DNA of 64,000 nt from Octopus sinensis (Eukaryota), in the NCBI RefSeq assembly GCF_006345805.1, contig NC_043011.1, forward strand, positions 5,022,001-5,086,000, in the 5' to 3' direction. The first letter of the stretch is position 1; the number at the start of each line of letters is the position of its first letter. A model generated the notes under the pieces. The model did not search any database. It saw only the letters and a program-made list of their open reading frames with translations, and had not been told where the DNA came from. This document shows, piece by piece, positions 1 to 12,410 of this stretch. Both the position numbers and the translations under genes were made by a program.

Positions 1-226
1 AAAGTTTATAACACTTAACTACATGGATCTAATCAAAGTGTATTTGGTGATTATTGAACCGAACATTGAAGCAAATACTAAACTTTATTGGTATCATTAC
101 AACAGTTATAGCAACAATGACATGTAATAATGAGGGATCATTTATGCAGTCAAATGACCTGCAAGAAAAAGTAATCAAAATGTTTTAAAATCCAACTATA
201 GTGTCTTTAAAAAGGACACATTAGAT

Positions 227-427
227 CAGTGGTTTTCAACCAGGGTTCCGCCAGTACAGTCCAGGGGTTCCGCAAGAAGTTACAAAACTGCTAAAATCGG
301 CAGTAATTTTTAATTTTCTTGTGCAGATATGTGTGCATAAGACTATTAAATTATTGCACAGGGGTTCCTCGAGACAGTGGAATGTTTCCTTGGGGTTCCG
401 CTCCAGCAAAAAGTTTGAAAAGCACTG
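227..427. mobile_element. hAT-type MITE (~200 bp)
   Basis: Imperfect TIRs CAGTGGTTTTCAACC / GTTTGAAAAGCACTG; perfect 8-bp TSD CATTAGAT at 219-226 and 428-435 (8-bp TSD is the hAT signature). Confidence 0.85.
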
Positions 428-439
428 CATTAGATAATG

Positions 440-720
440 GAATCCTAGATTCGATTTATGGTTTAGTGAATAGAGAAAGGGATGTGTTCAAGATTTTCTG
501 AACTGGTTTGGTAACAGGAGAAAGTCACTGCAGTAGGGAGAAGGGAATAAAAATATCGAGAGTTGGTCCGATTAGTTGTATGAGAGTGGAGTTCGATAAA
601 AGGCCGGTTTTAGTGGGAAAGGAGACAAGAAATTGACTTACTTCACAGAATACACCAAAGCTAGAAAATAACACCTGGATCTTGATAGGTATGTTCAGTT
701 AAATATTACCTGGAGATAAA
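440..720 (-). mobile_element. Very decayed CR1/L2-like RT C-terminal remnant
   Basis: Minus-strand fragments YQDPGVIF, LIGPTLDIFIPFSL and KPVQKILNT resemble KDLGVxF / LVRPxLEY / LExVQR motifs; stops and frameshifts present. Confidence 0.35.
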
Positions 721-798
721 CGACAAACATGTTTTTGATACAATGCATTCATCAGCAAATCATTATAATAAACATCAAATTACGACTAGTGATTATTA

Positions 799-1002
799 TT
801 ACTCTTTTACTTGTTTCAATCATTTGACTGCGGCCATGCTGGAGCACCGCCTTTAGTCGAGCAAATCGACCCCAGGACTTATTCTTTGTAAGCCCAGTAC
901 TTATTCTATCGGTCTCTTTTGCCGAACCGCTAAGTGACGGGGACGTAAAACACACAGCATCGGTTGTCAAGCAATGCTAGGGGGACAAACACAGACACAC
1001 AA

Positions 1003-1080
<78 letters not shown>

Positions 1081-1240
1081 GACAGGCTTCTCTCAGTTTC
1101 CGTCTACCAAATCCACTCTCAAGGCATTGGTCGGCCCGGGGCTATAGCAGAGGACACTTGCCCAAGATGCCACGCAGTGGGACTGAACCCGGAACCATGT
1201 GGTTGGTTAGCAAGCTACTTACCACACAGCCACTCCTGAG
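799..1240 (-). mobile_element. tRNA-derived SINE family A, near full length, with internal (CA)n/(TA)n
   Basis: Head with A box TGGCTGTGTGGT and B box GGTTCAGTCC on minus strand, CCTTGGGCAAG core-like segment, tail ...GAAACAAGTAAAAGAGTAA; homologous to copies at 9071, 35830, 43031/45073 and 56950. Confidence 0.9.
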
Positions 1241-1244
1241 ACCC

Positions 1245-1700
1245 CGGCACTTTACTTTTTAAAACCTGTTATTTATTCTATCAGTTTCTTTTGCCGCGCC
1301 GCTTTTCTTACGGGGACGTTTACACACCAACACCGGTTTTCTGTTGCCATGCTGAAACCCCCACCTTTTCTAATACTAACTTGGTTAACTTCATAAGTCA
1401 GAACAGCAAAATTTACCTGAGAGCGTTACCAATATTAAGCTAAATACGCATTAATTCTACAATTCCTCACTGATATTCAAATATCGCTTATCTTTTTATC
1501 TTTTACTTGTTTCAGTCATTAGACTGCGACCATACTGGGGCACCGCCTTGAAGAATTTTTAGTCGAATGAATCGACCTCAGCACTTAAATTTTTTAAACC
1601 TCTTACTTATTCTATCAGTTTCTTTTGCCGCACCGCTATGTTACGGGGACGTATACACACTAACACCGGTTGTCAAGTGGCGGTGGGTGGACAAACATAG
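1245..1700 (-). mobile_element. Two older or partial SINE-A-related 3' fragments
   Basis: Segments such as TTATTCTATCAGTTTCTTTTGCCGC...ACGGGGACGT...ACACCAACACCGGTT are diverged versions of the SINE A 3' half. Confidence 0.7.
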
Positions 1701-1791
1701 ACCAAAAGTCACTCACACACACACACACGTGTGCGTGCGTATATATATAGAAATGTATGTATGCATGTATGTATATATATATGTGCATATA

Positions 1792-1839
<48 letters not shown>

Positions 1840-2026
1840 GTATGCCTGTATATATATATGCGTGTGTATGTATGTATGTATGCGTTCGTATAAGAACTCA
1901 CGTACTTAGTGGGTTATGAACAGATTTGGTGTCCATAGCTGATGAAGCATAACGGTGCAAATATACTCATCCAACGGTCTGATGACGTCATTCATAGCCC
2001 AACTCGCATGTGTGTTTTCACACTCA

Positions 2027-2423
2027 TCTTTATATATAAAAGAGAGGTTGTGTGCTGTCTGTCTCCTACGATTTAGATTCCTAACTACTCCCACATTTTG
2101 CGGTGCAGTTTAACCAAAACCGTGTATCTTATAGTCGTGATTCATTTCGAGCCCTTATGGGTATTAGCGCGCGTCTACGATGAGTCTACGATTAAAAAAA
2201 AAAATTACCATCAATTTTTCTCATTTTTAATGCGTTTTTGGCATATATAAGGGAAGTAACTCTTAAAAATTTATTATTAAATCTCAGAACGTAAAAAGCT
2301 ACAGTAACACCCCCCCCCTATGTGGTTAGCCATATTGAGATGGCTATTATACTTTACATCTCTAAAAATTCTTATATAGTTATTTCCCTTACAAACCCGA
2401 GCAACGCCGGGCGATACTGCTAG
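2027..2423 (+). mobile_element. Non-autonomous Helitron-like element
   Basis: 5' TC preceded by A; 3' hairpin CCCGAGCAACGCCGGG followed by ...CTAG; homologous to 17505-17897; no TSD. Confidence 0.75.
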
Positions 2424-2949
2424 CTGTCTATAAAGGGAATTTTTTATTCTGAGCTAATTACTGCACCGAATGTCATTTCACACTCGAGTGCATACGAACA
2501 TGTTTGAAAACCTATTTTGTTGACCCGACAAATAACAGAACAGTAAACTACATGAATACACATGGACACTTAGAGAGAGACACCCACGTGTGTGTGTGTG
2601 TGTGTACGTGTGCATGTGTGTATGCATGTAGCATTTTTTATAGTAGCTGCTCACACATCAGACTCACTTCATCGTTTTAAACAATATGTTTGGTAACAAA
2701 CCGAATCAAGGCAATAGAACTTGTATAAGAATGCAGGATAGTAAATGGCTGAAGGGGTCTCCAGACGTGGAAGCATAATTTAACATGCCGTGTGACACTA
2801 CCCATGACACATCAAACTAGACATTTACTCTGCACTATGTCTTCTAGCCCAGAAGTGAATTACGTTATCGTCACGCTATCCTAGCATGACAGTATGCTCT
2901 CATTTGCCTCCACTGGCGAGATGAGGTTAGCTTATTTCTATAGTTTATT

Positions 2950-3965
2950 AATATACAATGCCAATAGGGTACTTATGTTGCATAAACACACATGCATGCA
3001 TGTGGTGCCTGTAAACAACAAAATGAGACCATTGATCATGTTTCCGTGTGCAGTCTTCTTGCGCCTATAGTGTATCTCAACAAGGCGGCGAGCTGGCAGA
3101 AACGTTAGCACGCCGGGCGAAATGCGTAGCCGTATTTCGTCTGCCGTTACGTTCTGAGTTCAAATTCCGTCGAGGTCGACTTTGCCTTTCATCCTTTCGG
3201 AGTCGATAAATTAAGTACCAGTTACGCACTGGGATCGATGTAATCGACTTAATCCGTTTGTCTGTCCTTGTTTGTCCCCTCTGTGTTTAGCCCCTTGTGG
3301 GTAGTAAAGAAATATATAGTGTATCTCAACAGGCATAATAGAGCAGCACATTGTATTCACCGGGTAATTTGAAAAAATCTGGACCTGCTCCATGATAAAA
3401 ACTGGTGGGAACATAAACCACCTCCAGTGCCTAAAATGATCACATCTCACTCCTCTGGAATTTCGCCTGTTCAATCTGACAGAAAGACAGATGCGAATAG
3501 GTCAGACACTATATTGAAAGACTTCAGACAAAAATCATGTCTCCTCATTGATATGACTGTCCTAATTGAAGACCTACCAAAAACTGAGTAAGTATAAAGA
3601 TCTTGAAATAGAAATTGGCAAAATATAGAACATCAAGATTAAACAATACCTGTTGTCATAGGTGCCTTAAGAATGATAGAAAAAGTGGCTGATTCCTACC
3701 TAATTCAGATACCAGGAAACCTCAAAATGGCAGAAATTCAAAAAAGAGTGCTCATAGGAACTGCCCATATCCTACGTAAAATAGTCTGTGTCATCTCAAA
3801 TTTTAAAACAATCTTATAATTTTCTTGTTTTCTTAAACATTCTCTAGAAGAATACTATGTGCAAAACCAAATACATGACGCCCTAGGCATAATGCCATCT
3901 TGAACTTCTAACTTGTTATCTCTTGATGTCTCTGGGTGAGTGAAAAAATGAGTAAAAAATGAGTA
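2950..3965 (+). mobile_element. R4/Dong-clade non-LTR retrotransposon 3' part (CCHC + restriction-like endonuclease), interrupted by SINE B
   Basis: Decayed CGACKQQNETIDHV...RHNRAAHCIH, DRKTDANRSD...LLIDMTV, KYKDLEIEI, IPVVIGAL, GTAHILRK motifs; 3' UTR similar to 25006-25253 and 47700-47893. Confidence 0.8.
3083..3314 (+). mobile_element. tRNA-derived SINE family B, full length
   Basis: A/B boxes (TGGCAGAAACGT, GAGTTCAAATTCC); 17-bp TSD TATAGTGTATCTCAACA at 3066-3082 and 3315-3331. Confidence 0.9.
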
Positions 3966-3989
3966 AAAAGAATGTAAACATAGGTCCTA

Positions 3990-5050
3990 TGGTTGTAAAT
4001 ATCAACTACTCGTCAATAAAATAATCTTGGAAAGTGTTACAAACAACACAAGAACTTATCAATAGCCACGATAAAATATAAAAAAAGCGGTTGATAGTCA
4101 ACCACGGCTGGATTAAGAAATGTAAGAAATTTACAAATTAGCACCTACTCTGCGAAACCTCTTATCTGTAAGAATGAGATCGTGGAAAATCACACCACTG
4201 ACTTTGAATAGTGACAATGAATCTTTCAGTACTGGAGATATAAGAATTTCATGTGGTATTTTCGAGGATGACTCTATCACCACTCCTCTTTTGTTCCAGC
4301 CTTAATACTTTTCACGAAATTGTTCGATGATGTACAATATGGCTATAAAACTTTTGATAAAAAATATAAATCATCGTTTTTATATGGATGAGTTAAAGTT
4401 CTTTGCAAAAAATGACCAGCAACTCCAGAGCTTACTAGCAATTGTTAACCAGTTCAGTGATGACACAAGGATGAAATTTGGCCTAGATAAATATGCAAAA
4501 GCTACCTTTATCAGAGGAAAAGGACAAACATCTTGATCAACAGAATGTTATAAAGGAGTTAGAACCAGCGGAGAGCAACAAATACCTAGGGGTATTTGAA
4601 GGTGATAGATTCAAACATTCAATGATGAGAGAAAAGATCAGAAAAGAAGGTTATCGCAGGGTAAGGGCAACACCCAAAACAGAGCTGAACCCAAGAAACA
4701 GGAACGAAGATATCAATAGTTTAGCTTTACAGATCGTGGCTGGATCAGTTTCCTGGACCGTATCGAAGCAGAGGAAAACAGCTTAGGGTGGTATTTAAAA
4801 ATTGCCGTGAGCCACTGTTGACACACACGCGAAGAAGGCCGTCGTCATCAAAACTATTAATTGTGTAATGAAAGAAAAATTTAAACAAGAAAGGACCAAA
4901 AAAAAAAGCATGGAAGGAACAAAAATGTACGGTCAGTTAGCAACAGATGTGAATGCGAAGACAGAAAAGACCGGTGGCTATAGAAGAGGGGGAGTGACCC
5001 GAAGATAGAGACAGAAACACTCATATGCGCAACTCAAGAATAAGCGTTAT
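3990..5050 (+). mobile_element. R4/Dong-clade RT fragment(s)
   Basis: HRFYMDELKFFAKNDQQLQSLL...KFGLDKYAKATFIRGK, NKYLGVFEGD, INSLA and ETETLICATQE motifs; frameshifted. Confidence 0.8.
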
Positions 5051-5170
5051 AAATACATATATTTATATATGTATGTACACACACACGCACACTCACACGT
5101 ACACACACACGAACACATACACATATACACATACATACATACATACATACATACATACATACATACATAC

Positions 5171-5218
<48 letters not shown>

Positions 5219-5410
5219 TGTTTGCTGTTAAATAATCTGAATTTTTAAGAATTCTGCAAACAGATATTTGAATTTACCTGTCATGCATGGTGACTTACCT
5301 GGAATATATAACATACTCACATTTACTGATATCTGATTGAAGAATATTTGTAACCAAATCCTTTTAATACAGAGTGCCTTATTCATATCTATCAGGATGT
5401 TTTAATCCCT

Positions 5411-5445
<35 letters not shown>

Positions 5446-5448
5446 TAT

Positions 5449-5602
5449 ACAATTTATAAGTAAGGGCAAAAGAAAAAAATTCTAATGCCAAAATATGCCG
5501 AAAATAGACACTATGTCAATAACCCTGCAATTTATCACTACAAGCACGTGTTTCATATTTTGGCATGAGAAATTTTTTCTTTTGCCCTTACTTATGAATT
5601 GT
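5449..5602. mobile_element. TA-flanked foldback/MITE-like element
   Basis: ~50-bp imperfect inverted arms (ACAATTTATAAGTAAGGGCAAAAG... / ...CTTTGCCCTTACTTATGAATTGT) next to a (TA)n tract. Confidence 0.6.
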
Positions 5603-5684
5603 TTATAAATTTAACCTTTAAAGGTTTTTTTTAATATGCTGGCCATTGATAGAATTTTTTCGAAAAATTCTATCCTATATTATA

Positions 5685-5735
<51 letters not shown>

Positions 5736-6008
5736 GAAAAAAACACCTTGTAAGTTTTGGATTTTATTCCCTCAAATATTAATATTAATAATATTAGAGG
5801 TCATTGGATTAGCGCTTTTATATAAGTAGCGGAAATATAACACAGTAATTTCCCTTTGTATAACGGTCTTTTTTCATAGCATTTTTTCAGATGGCCAGAT
5901 AACCGAAGAGATGGTGTTGTGGATTTCCACCTCGGCATCCGAAACACAGAGTTTTATCTTGGCTATTGAATAATTGTCACATATTATTTGACAGATATGT
6001 ATATATAT

Positions 6009-6054
<46 letters not shown>

Positions 6055-6104
6055 TATATACATATATGTACATACCTACATATATATGTATATACACATG
6101 CATA

Positions 6105-6662
6105 TATGGGTACAGGACATATAAAAAAACGATGAACACAATGAGAAACGAAAACATAAAAACAAAAAAATAGAAGCGAACTTTTTTTCGAACAACGAAA
6201 ACAAACAAACAGAGAATATTCCCCTTCTTCAGTTGTCCCTGTTTCATCTACTTTGCGTTTCGTAGGTAAGGACAAGACGCGACTTCGTTGAAACAGTCCT
6301 TCCCGCAAAGCAAATTAAATAAAATTTGGGATTTTTTTGCGGAGGGTGAAAGTGGTAACAAGAACAGGACAGTGAGAACAAAGCAGTAAAAACAAACGGT
6401 GAGGGTTGTTAAGTCAAGACGATAGAAAAAATTATTATGAACGTGAGGAAGACGAGCTTATGAAAGGAGACAGTATAAGCACGTTGTTGTCTTTACGAAG
6501 GTAGTGGGCAGAAAGGTAGATTCTCTTTCGTCACGTGTCAGAGACGAGAGAGTCGAGGAGGAGGAGGAGTGAGAGAGAAGGAACGGTGAAGAGGAGGAGA
6601 GAAGAATAGGGAAGGGTGGGAGAGCTCTTCACCGTTCCCTCTCTGTGACTCCTCCTCGACTC
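6105..6662. mobile_element. Dispersed non-coding repeat (related to 20305-20900) ending in a foldback hairpin
   Basis: Shares GCATATATGGGTACAG terminus, CCCTTC(T/A)TCAGTTGTC and GGTGAAG blocks with 20305-20900; inverted repeat 6550-6593 / 6625-6662. Confidence 0.55.
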
Positions 6663-6680
6663 CTACATACATGCATACAT

Positions 6681-6711
<31 letters not shown>

Positions 6712-6719
6712 TGTGTATA

Positions 6720-6778
6720 TGTATATGTATATATATATATTATATTATATATATATAATATATATATATATATTATAT

Positions 6779-6845
<67 letters not shown>

Positions 6846-6862
6846 ATAATATATATATATAT
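6720..6862. repeat. (TA)n microsatellite
   Basis: Direct reading of sequence; one of many TA tracts in the window. Confidence 0.95.
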
Positions 6863-8789
6863 AAAGTCTGTTTGCCAACATAATGTGACTGTTTCAGTCC
6901 CAAGAAACATCGTTTCTAGTTGGCTATACGATGTTTTCTTGGCGCTAAAACAACAGTAACATCGTCCCTTTCGGGACAGCCACATTATGTTGGCAAATAG
7001 CCTTTATTTTAATGAACTGTTACAGAACGTCTCTCTTTGAGAGATTTAGAAATATTAATATTTCTCTATCTCTCTCTTTCTTTCTCTCTCTCTCTCTCTA
7101 CATATATATATAAATAAACAAACATGAGATGCAGCACGAAGCTTTGTCAGTGAACAGGTCGTGGTCTCAAAGCGACGAAAATATTTTGACAAATTAAATT
7201 TAAATGTTGAAGTGAATCTAACGGTTTTATGTGTGTTTCTTAAATGGCTTATAAACACCTTCCACGCTGCAATTGTTTTCGTTCCAGCACACGATCTCAG
7301 ATCAAGTCACTCGCTATACAAGTACATCTCCTATATTTAAATAATTTTCCCACTTTGGTGTCTTCCCGTCTCCTCGTTCATCTTTTACTCAAAACGTAGC
7401 TGTTTTAACATCGTTTCTCTTAGACATATATGCTTATTCGACTTTCCCTGTGCCACTTGTGTGCACCAAGTACCACCACTTTTCCTGACGTCAATCGAGA
7501 AGTAGGAGAGTTTTTACTTTGTTACGCATCTATATATTTTGGATAACTGTACTTCTGCAAACAGGAAGGTAAATTTTTCTATGTAATCGGCAACAGCTGT
7601 TAGCACAAAACTTTTAAAGGATATCTAAGTGCTTGATCCCTGGTGGAGAACATTTATTAGTACTCGAATAAGAAGTTTAGATTTAATTGTATAGTCAGTA
7701 AGATTAGTAAAAATCTCCTACTTCTAACATGCCTAAAAATATTGCTGTACATAATTTTAAGAAAATAGTATAGTGAACCGTGTTTCAGCAAGATGAAATA
7801 GCTAGTTGAATATAATATTGAACAGTCATAAGACTATCATAGCCTAAGACCATCATAGTCAAATGTGATTTTAAATAACGATGACATTTTATCCTATATT
7901 GCTGTACATTTCGAAATCAGATATCTATATTGTCGGAGAGACAACTGTACCCATTTCACAGGGTAGGAGAATTTAGATTTTGGGAAGTAGTCGGTTCATT
8001 AAGCGTCGCTGGTGTAAGCGAAACTTCTTCAGTGAGAAACATAAGTAATTCAGCTGGAAAGGCAGCTAATTTACTTATGTATTGTCTGTATATAAAACCA
8101 TAGACCGTTCGTAATTGTCTGTGAAACACAAGTAAACTAAGATGACATGTCCGGTTGAAATGAAGAATCTTACAGCAAACTTGATTATTGCAACGGTAAT
8201 GAAGAACGATAAAACGCACGTACTCAAGAAACAAAACTTTTAGATGTACATAATTAGTTGAATCCCACTAAAGTTGTATATAGTAGTGTTGAAACTTCAT
8301 TTATACAAACGATATTATATTACAACACAAATATTCTCCCCATTTCTGCCGACAGAAATTTCCTATGAATTTTGCTCTAGTTTCAGCGTTTTAAAATGGT
8401 TTCTCGACAGACAAAAAATAAATAAATAAAAAACGAATAGTAAAAAATAAAAAAATAAAAACAATCCCAGATTCTCTAATCCCTTACATTGCTTACACTA
8501 GTCAACGAAAACCTTCTTTCTTTTTAGTCGCTAAGCATATTTGAGTCAGTTTATAGCAATTTGAGGTTGCTGGATCCAAAAATAACAATGGTTCTTACCA
8601 GACTGACCCTAGTTTTTGAAATAAGGGATCCTCCTTAAATCAAAATATTACCCAAATATACAAGGATTTTTCAGAATCGGATTAAAATGCAGGCTAGGAG
8701 TTCAGTTAAGTCAGAGGTCATAATACATTGATACTCGGATACTCGGCATCTCGGCTGCTTAAGGAGACGGCGTCTGAAGAGGTTTTCTG

Positions 8790-8922
8790 TGCACCACGCG
8801 TCAGATACCGAAGAGATCACAGAGCAGCGTGAGGGGAAGTGTTTTGCTCAAGAACACAACGCAATTGAAATCACGTTTTTGTGATCGTGAGTGCAACACC
8901 CAGACCACTAGGTCATGCGCCC
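8790..8922 (-). mobile_element. tRNA-derived SINE (family E) 5' portion
   Basis: Minus strand GGGCGCATGACCTAGTGGT (A box)...GTGATTTCAATT...TTGTGTTCTTGAGCAAAACACTT core-like segment. Confidence 0.6.
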
Positions 8923-8923
8923 C

Positions 8924-8924
<1 letters not shown>

Positions 8925-8976
<52 letters not shown>

Positions 8977-8980
8977 ATAT

Positions 8981-9014
<34 letters not shown>

Positions 9015-9021
9015 ATATATA

Positions 9022-9062
<41 letters not shown>
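8925..9062. repeat. (TA)n microsatellite
   Basis: Direct reading of sequence. Confidence 0.95.
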
Positions 9063-9070
<8 letters not shown>

Positions 9071-9071
<1 letters not shown>

Positions 9072-9262
9072 GGCGTAGGAGTGGCTGTGTGGTAAGTAGG
9101 CGTAGGAATGGTTGTGTGGTAAGTAGCTTACATACAAACCACATAGTTCGGGGTTCAATCCCACTGCGTAGCACCTTGGCCAAGTGCCTTCCATAATAGC
9201 CTCGGGCCGACCAAGCTTTTTGAGTGGATTTTGTAGATGGAAACTCAAAGAAGCCCGTCGTA

Positions 9263-9334
<72 letters not shown>

Positions 9335-9570
9335 GTATATGTATATATGTATAGTATTGTGTGTATATGTTTGTGTGTCTGTGTTCCTTCAACATCGCTT
9401 GATAACCGATGCTGGTGTGTTTACGTACCCGTAACTTAGCGGTTGGGCAAAAGAGACCGATAGAATAAGTACTAGGCTTACAAAGAATAAGTCCTGGGGT
9501 TTATTTGCTCGACTAAATGCGTTGCTCCAGCATGGCTACAGTCAAATGACTGAAACAAGTAAAAGAGTAA
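9071..9570 (+). mobile_element. SINE family A with a 27-bp duplicated head
   Basis: AGGCGTAGGAGTGGCTGTGTGGTAAGT repeated at 9071 and 9098, then full body, internal (TA)n and AAAAGAGTAA tail. Confidence 0.9.
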
Positions 9571-9779
9571 AATATATATATATATATATAATACAAAATT
9601 AGAAAATGGAGAAACATACTTAAATCAATCAAACATCAACCATCAGATGATACCCAATCAATACTTTATTACACCATTACATAACAGCAAAGGCATTATA
9701 CAAAATATATTGTAAATATAATTAGACAAGGAAATAGAAATATAAAATACAAAATATAATATATAATTATAATTTATTT

Positions 9780-9886
9780 CAGCTGTTTCGGCCGTAAGGA
9801 CAAGTATGCCTCATTTAACCTATAAGCCATATAAGGCAGGTATAAATGAGACATTAACAAGGATGTCCCACGGCCTCTTCAGGGAA
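9780..9886 (-). ncRNA. Hammerhead ribozyme motif, truncated at the cleavage site
   Basis: Minus strand: TTCC-CTGAAGA-GGCCGT...(long branched stem II)...ACGGCC-GAAA-CAGCTG (palindromic stem III); the expected UH and 3' stem I strand are missing. Confidence 0.7.
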
Positions 9887-10215
9887 TTTGATTTATTATA
9901 AGTGTGAAAAAAATTTTTTATACATATAAATATAAAAATATAAAATATAAAAACGTGTGCATAGACACTCATAATACTACACATATATATATATACTCAT
10001 TAATACAATAATACAAAATAAACAAAATATATCAATATATATTAGCAAACACAGTTTTTCTACATATTGGGCTTCTAGTTCCAAAACTAACCTACAGGAA
10101 AATATATGCACACTCACATTTAAATTTAAATCAGACATATACATAAAAAATAATAAAAAAAACACACAGTTCAGTTCATAAAATTATAAACCTATAAAAG
10201 TCAATAAAAATTACT

Positions 10216-10265
<50 letters not shown>

Positions 10266-11055
10266 CAACCATGTCTATACCAAGTACATCAATCGGACAT
10301 CTACATATCTATAAGTCTGATTCTTCTGTCCGCTTGATATTGATTATTCTAGATTGATTCGATTGGCTTATAGTTTTAAATTTGAATCACAAAAGAAATT
10401 TTACAGTTAGTTAGTCAAGAAACGCACATACGCACACGCACATCCACAGATCAATCGCACATACATACATAATTATATGTATACACACACACATACACTC
10501 ATACACATACATATCCACAAACACCGTCAAACACATAAACAAATAAATAATAAAAGAGGTATAATCGTAACTATGCAGCCATCAAGCCTCTCCAAACCGA
10601 CAACAATGCCACTATATTAACTAAGAAGATCCACTCACATATTTCCATAAAATATTTGTTATAAAGATACATATATTTATATATCAAGACATAGAATGTA
10701 ATTTTTCATAAGGTACACAGAGCATATGACACCGTTTTTTCTGTAGTCATGGTATTACATAACATAACGTTTACTGATTTCACCGTAATTTGCTATAATC
10801 AAATGTACGCTAAGTTATAAAGTATAGTTGTGTAAACAGACAAGACAAGACAAAAATTCTTTATAGTATAAATATATATCATTTCTACGTAATAAATCAA
10901 ATGCCATTATAATATTAATATTTATCCATCAAAGAACCTAACCTACGAACTAACAGAATTACACTCAAATATACATGCCCATAATAATACTCATGTATAA
11001 CAGCAGATATACACAAACGCACCGTATATTTTCATATGTGACTTGCGAGTAAACA

Positions 11056-11097
<42 letters not shown>

Positions 11098-11575
11098 ATA
11101 TATATCTAGTTTAACAAGTGTAAACAGAGTTAGCGGTTATAATAACCGACAAAGGGATAACATATTCGTATATACTATCGGTTTCCGTTACCTGTGTTAC
11201 CACTAGGCATTGGTGTGCAGGCAAACCATGCACGATGAGTGTAGGTAACAACAGGATAAACAAGAATTTATCAGGAAGGAAATACATATAATCAGAAAAC
11301 ACATCGATTGGAGAACATTTATAACTTATTTTTTAATACAAAGCATATAGCAAAACAAATAGGTGACGTAAAACAAATCTTACGGCCGTTTCCGCATCCG
11401 TTGCCAAACGCTGTCTATAAATTATTGTGAAAATAAAATTCTTCATCTCCATAGGGCATTCGAATTAAGGCACGGAGCTTCTTCAGAGTAAAAAAAAACA
11501 AGAGCATCCAATATAAACAAAGGGAACAAGGAATAGGAAGGAAGACATGGCCTGGAAAAGAAGTCAAGAAGCCCA

Positions 11576-11732
<157 letters not shown>

Positions 11733-12056
11733 AGCAATAATAAATCTCTGAACGAGTTATAGACAGTAACTGCATGACAATGTGAAGTATATTTGCCATC
11801 TCAATATGGCTAACCACTAAGGGTAGGTGTTACTGTAGCTTGTAGCCCCAGGAGAACATCATCTCCAGCTGGCTATTGACACACTTTCTGTGCCCTATCG
11901 GTATTTGCAAAGGGAGGTCATCCTTCCCTCGTCAACCTAGGTGATACGCATGGACTGCGGTTTCTGAGTATTGACCCGTCATCGGCGCACGACAATCACC
12001 GGTTTTCGATGGAAGGGTCCCAATGCAATTACATATATCCTTTTTCCATATATATA

Positions 12057-12308
12057 TACTCTTTTACTCTTTTACTTGTTTCAGTCATTTGACTGCGGCC
12101 ATGCTGGAGCACCGCCTTTAGTCGAGCAAATCGACTCCGGGACTTATTCTTTGTAAGCCCAGTGCTTATTCTATCGGTCTCTTTTGCCGAACCGCTAAGT
12201 GACGGGGACGTAAACACACCAGCATCGGTTGTCAAGCAATGCTAGGGAGACAAACACAGACAACAAACACTTACACACACATACATATACATATATACGA
12301 CAGGCTTC
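12057..12308 (-). mobile_element. SINE family A, 3' half
   Basis: Near-identical to 799-1085. Confidence 0.9.
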
Positions 12309-12312
12309 ATCA

Positions 12313-12345
<33 letters not shown>

Positions 12346-12369
12346 ATAAATAATATATATATATATATA

Positions 12370-12410
<41 letters not shown>

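Noticed and set aside
5270-5330. Cluster of minus-strand splice-donor-like motifs
   Set aside because: No matching acceptor or open exon identified; could be chance.
6200-6260. Hammerhead around GACAACTGAAGAAGGG (and 20420-20450)
   Set aside because: No GAAA correctly placed after a stem II, and no stem I/III pairing in any permutation I tried.
7956-8234. 92-aa ORF in complex-looking sequence
   Set aside because: No recognisable motif, TTG start, no splice support.
11795-11880. HDV-like ribozyme (GCCATCT...AGCTGGC as P1)
   Set aside because: P1 has a mismatch and the P1.1 GG and P3/L3 requirements are not met.
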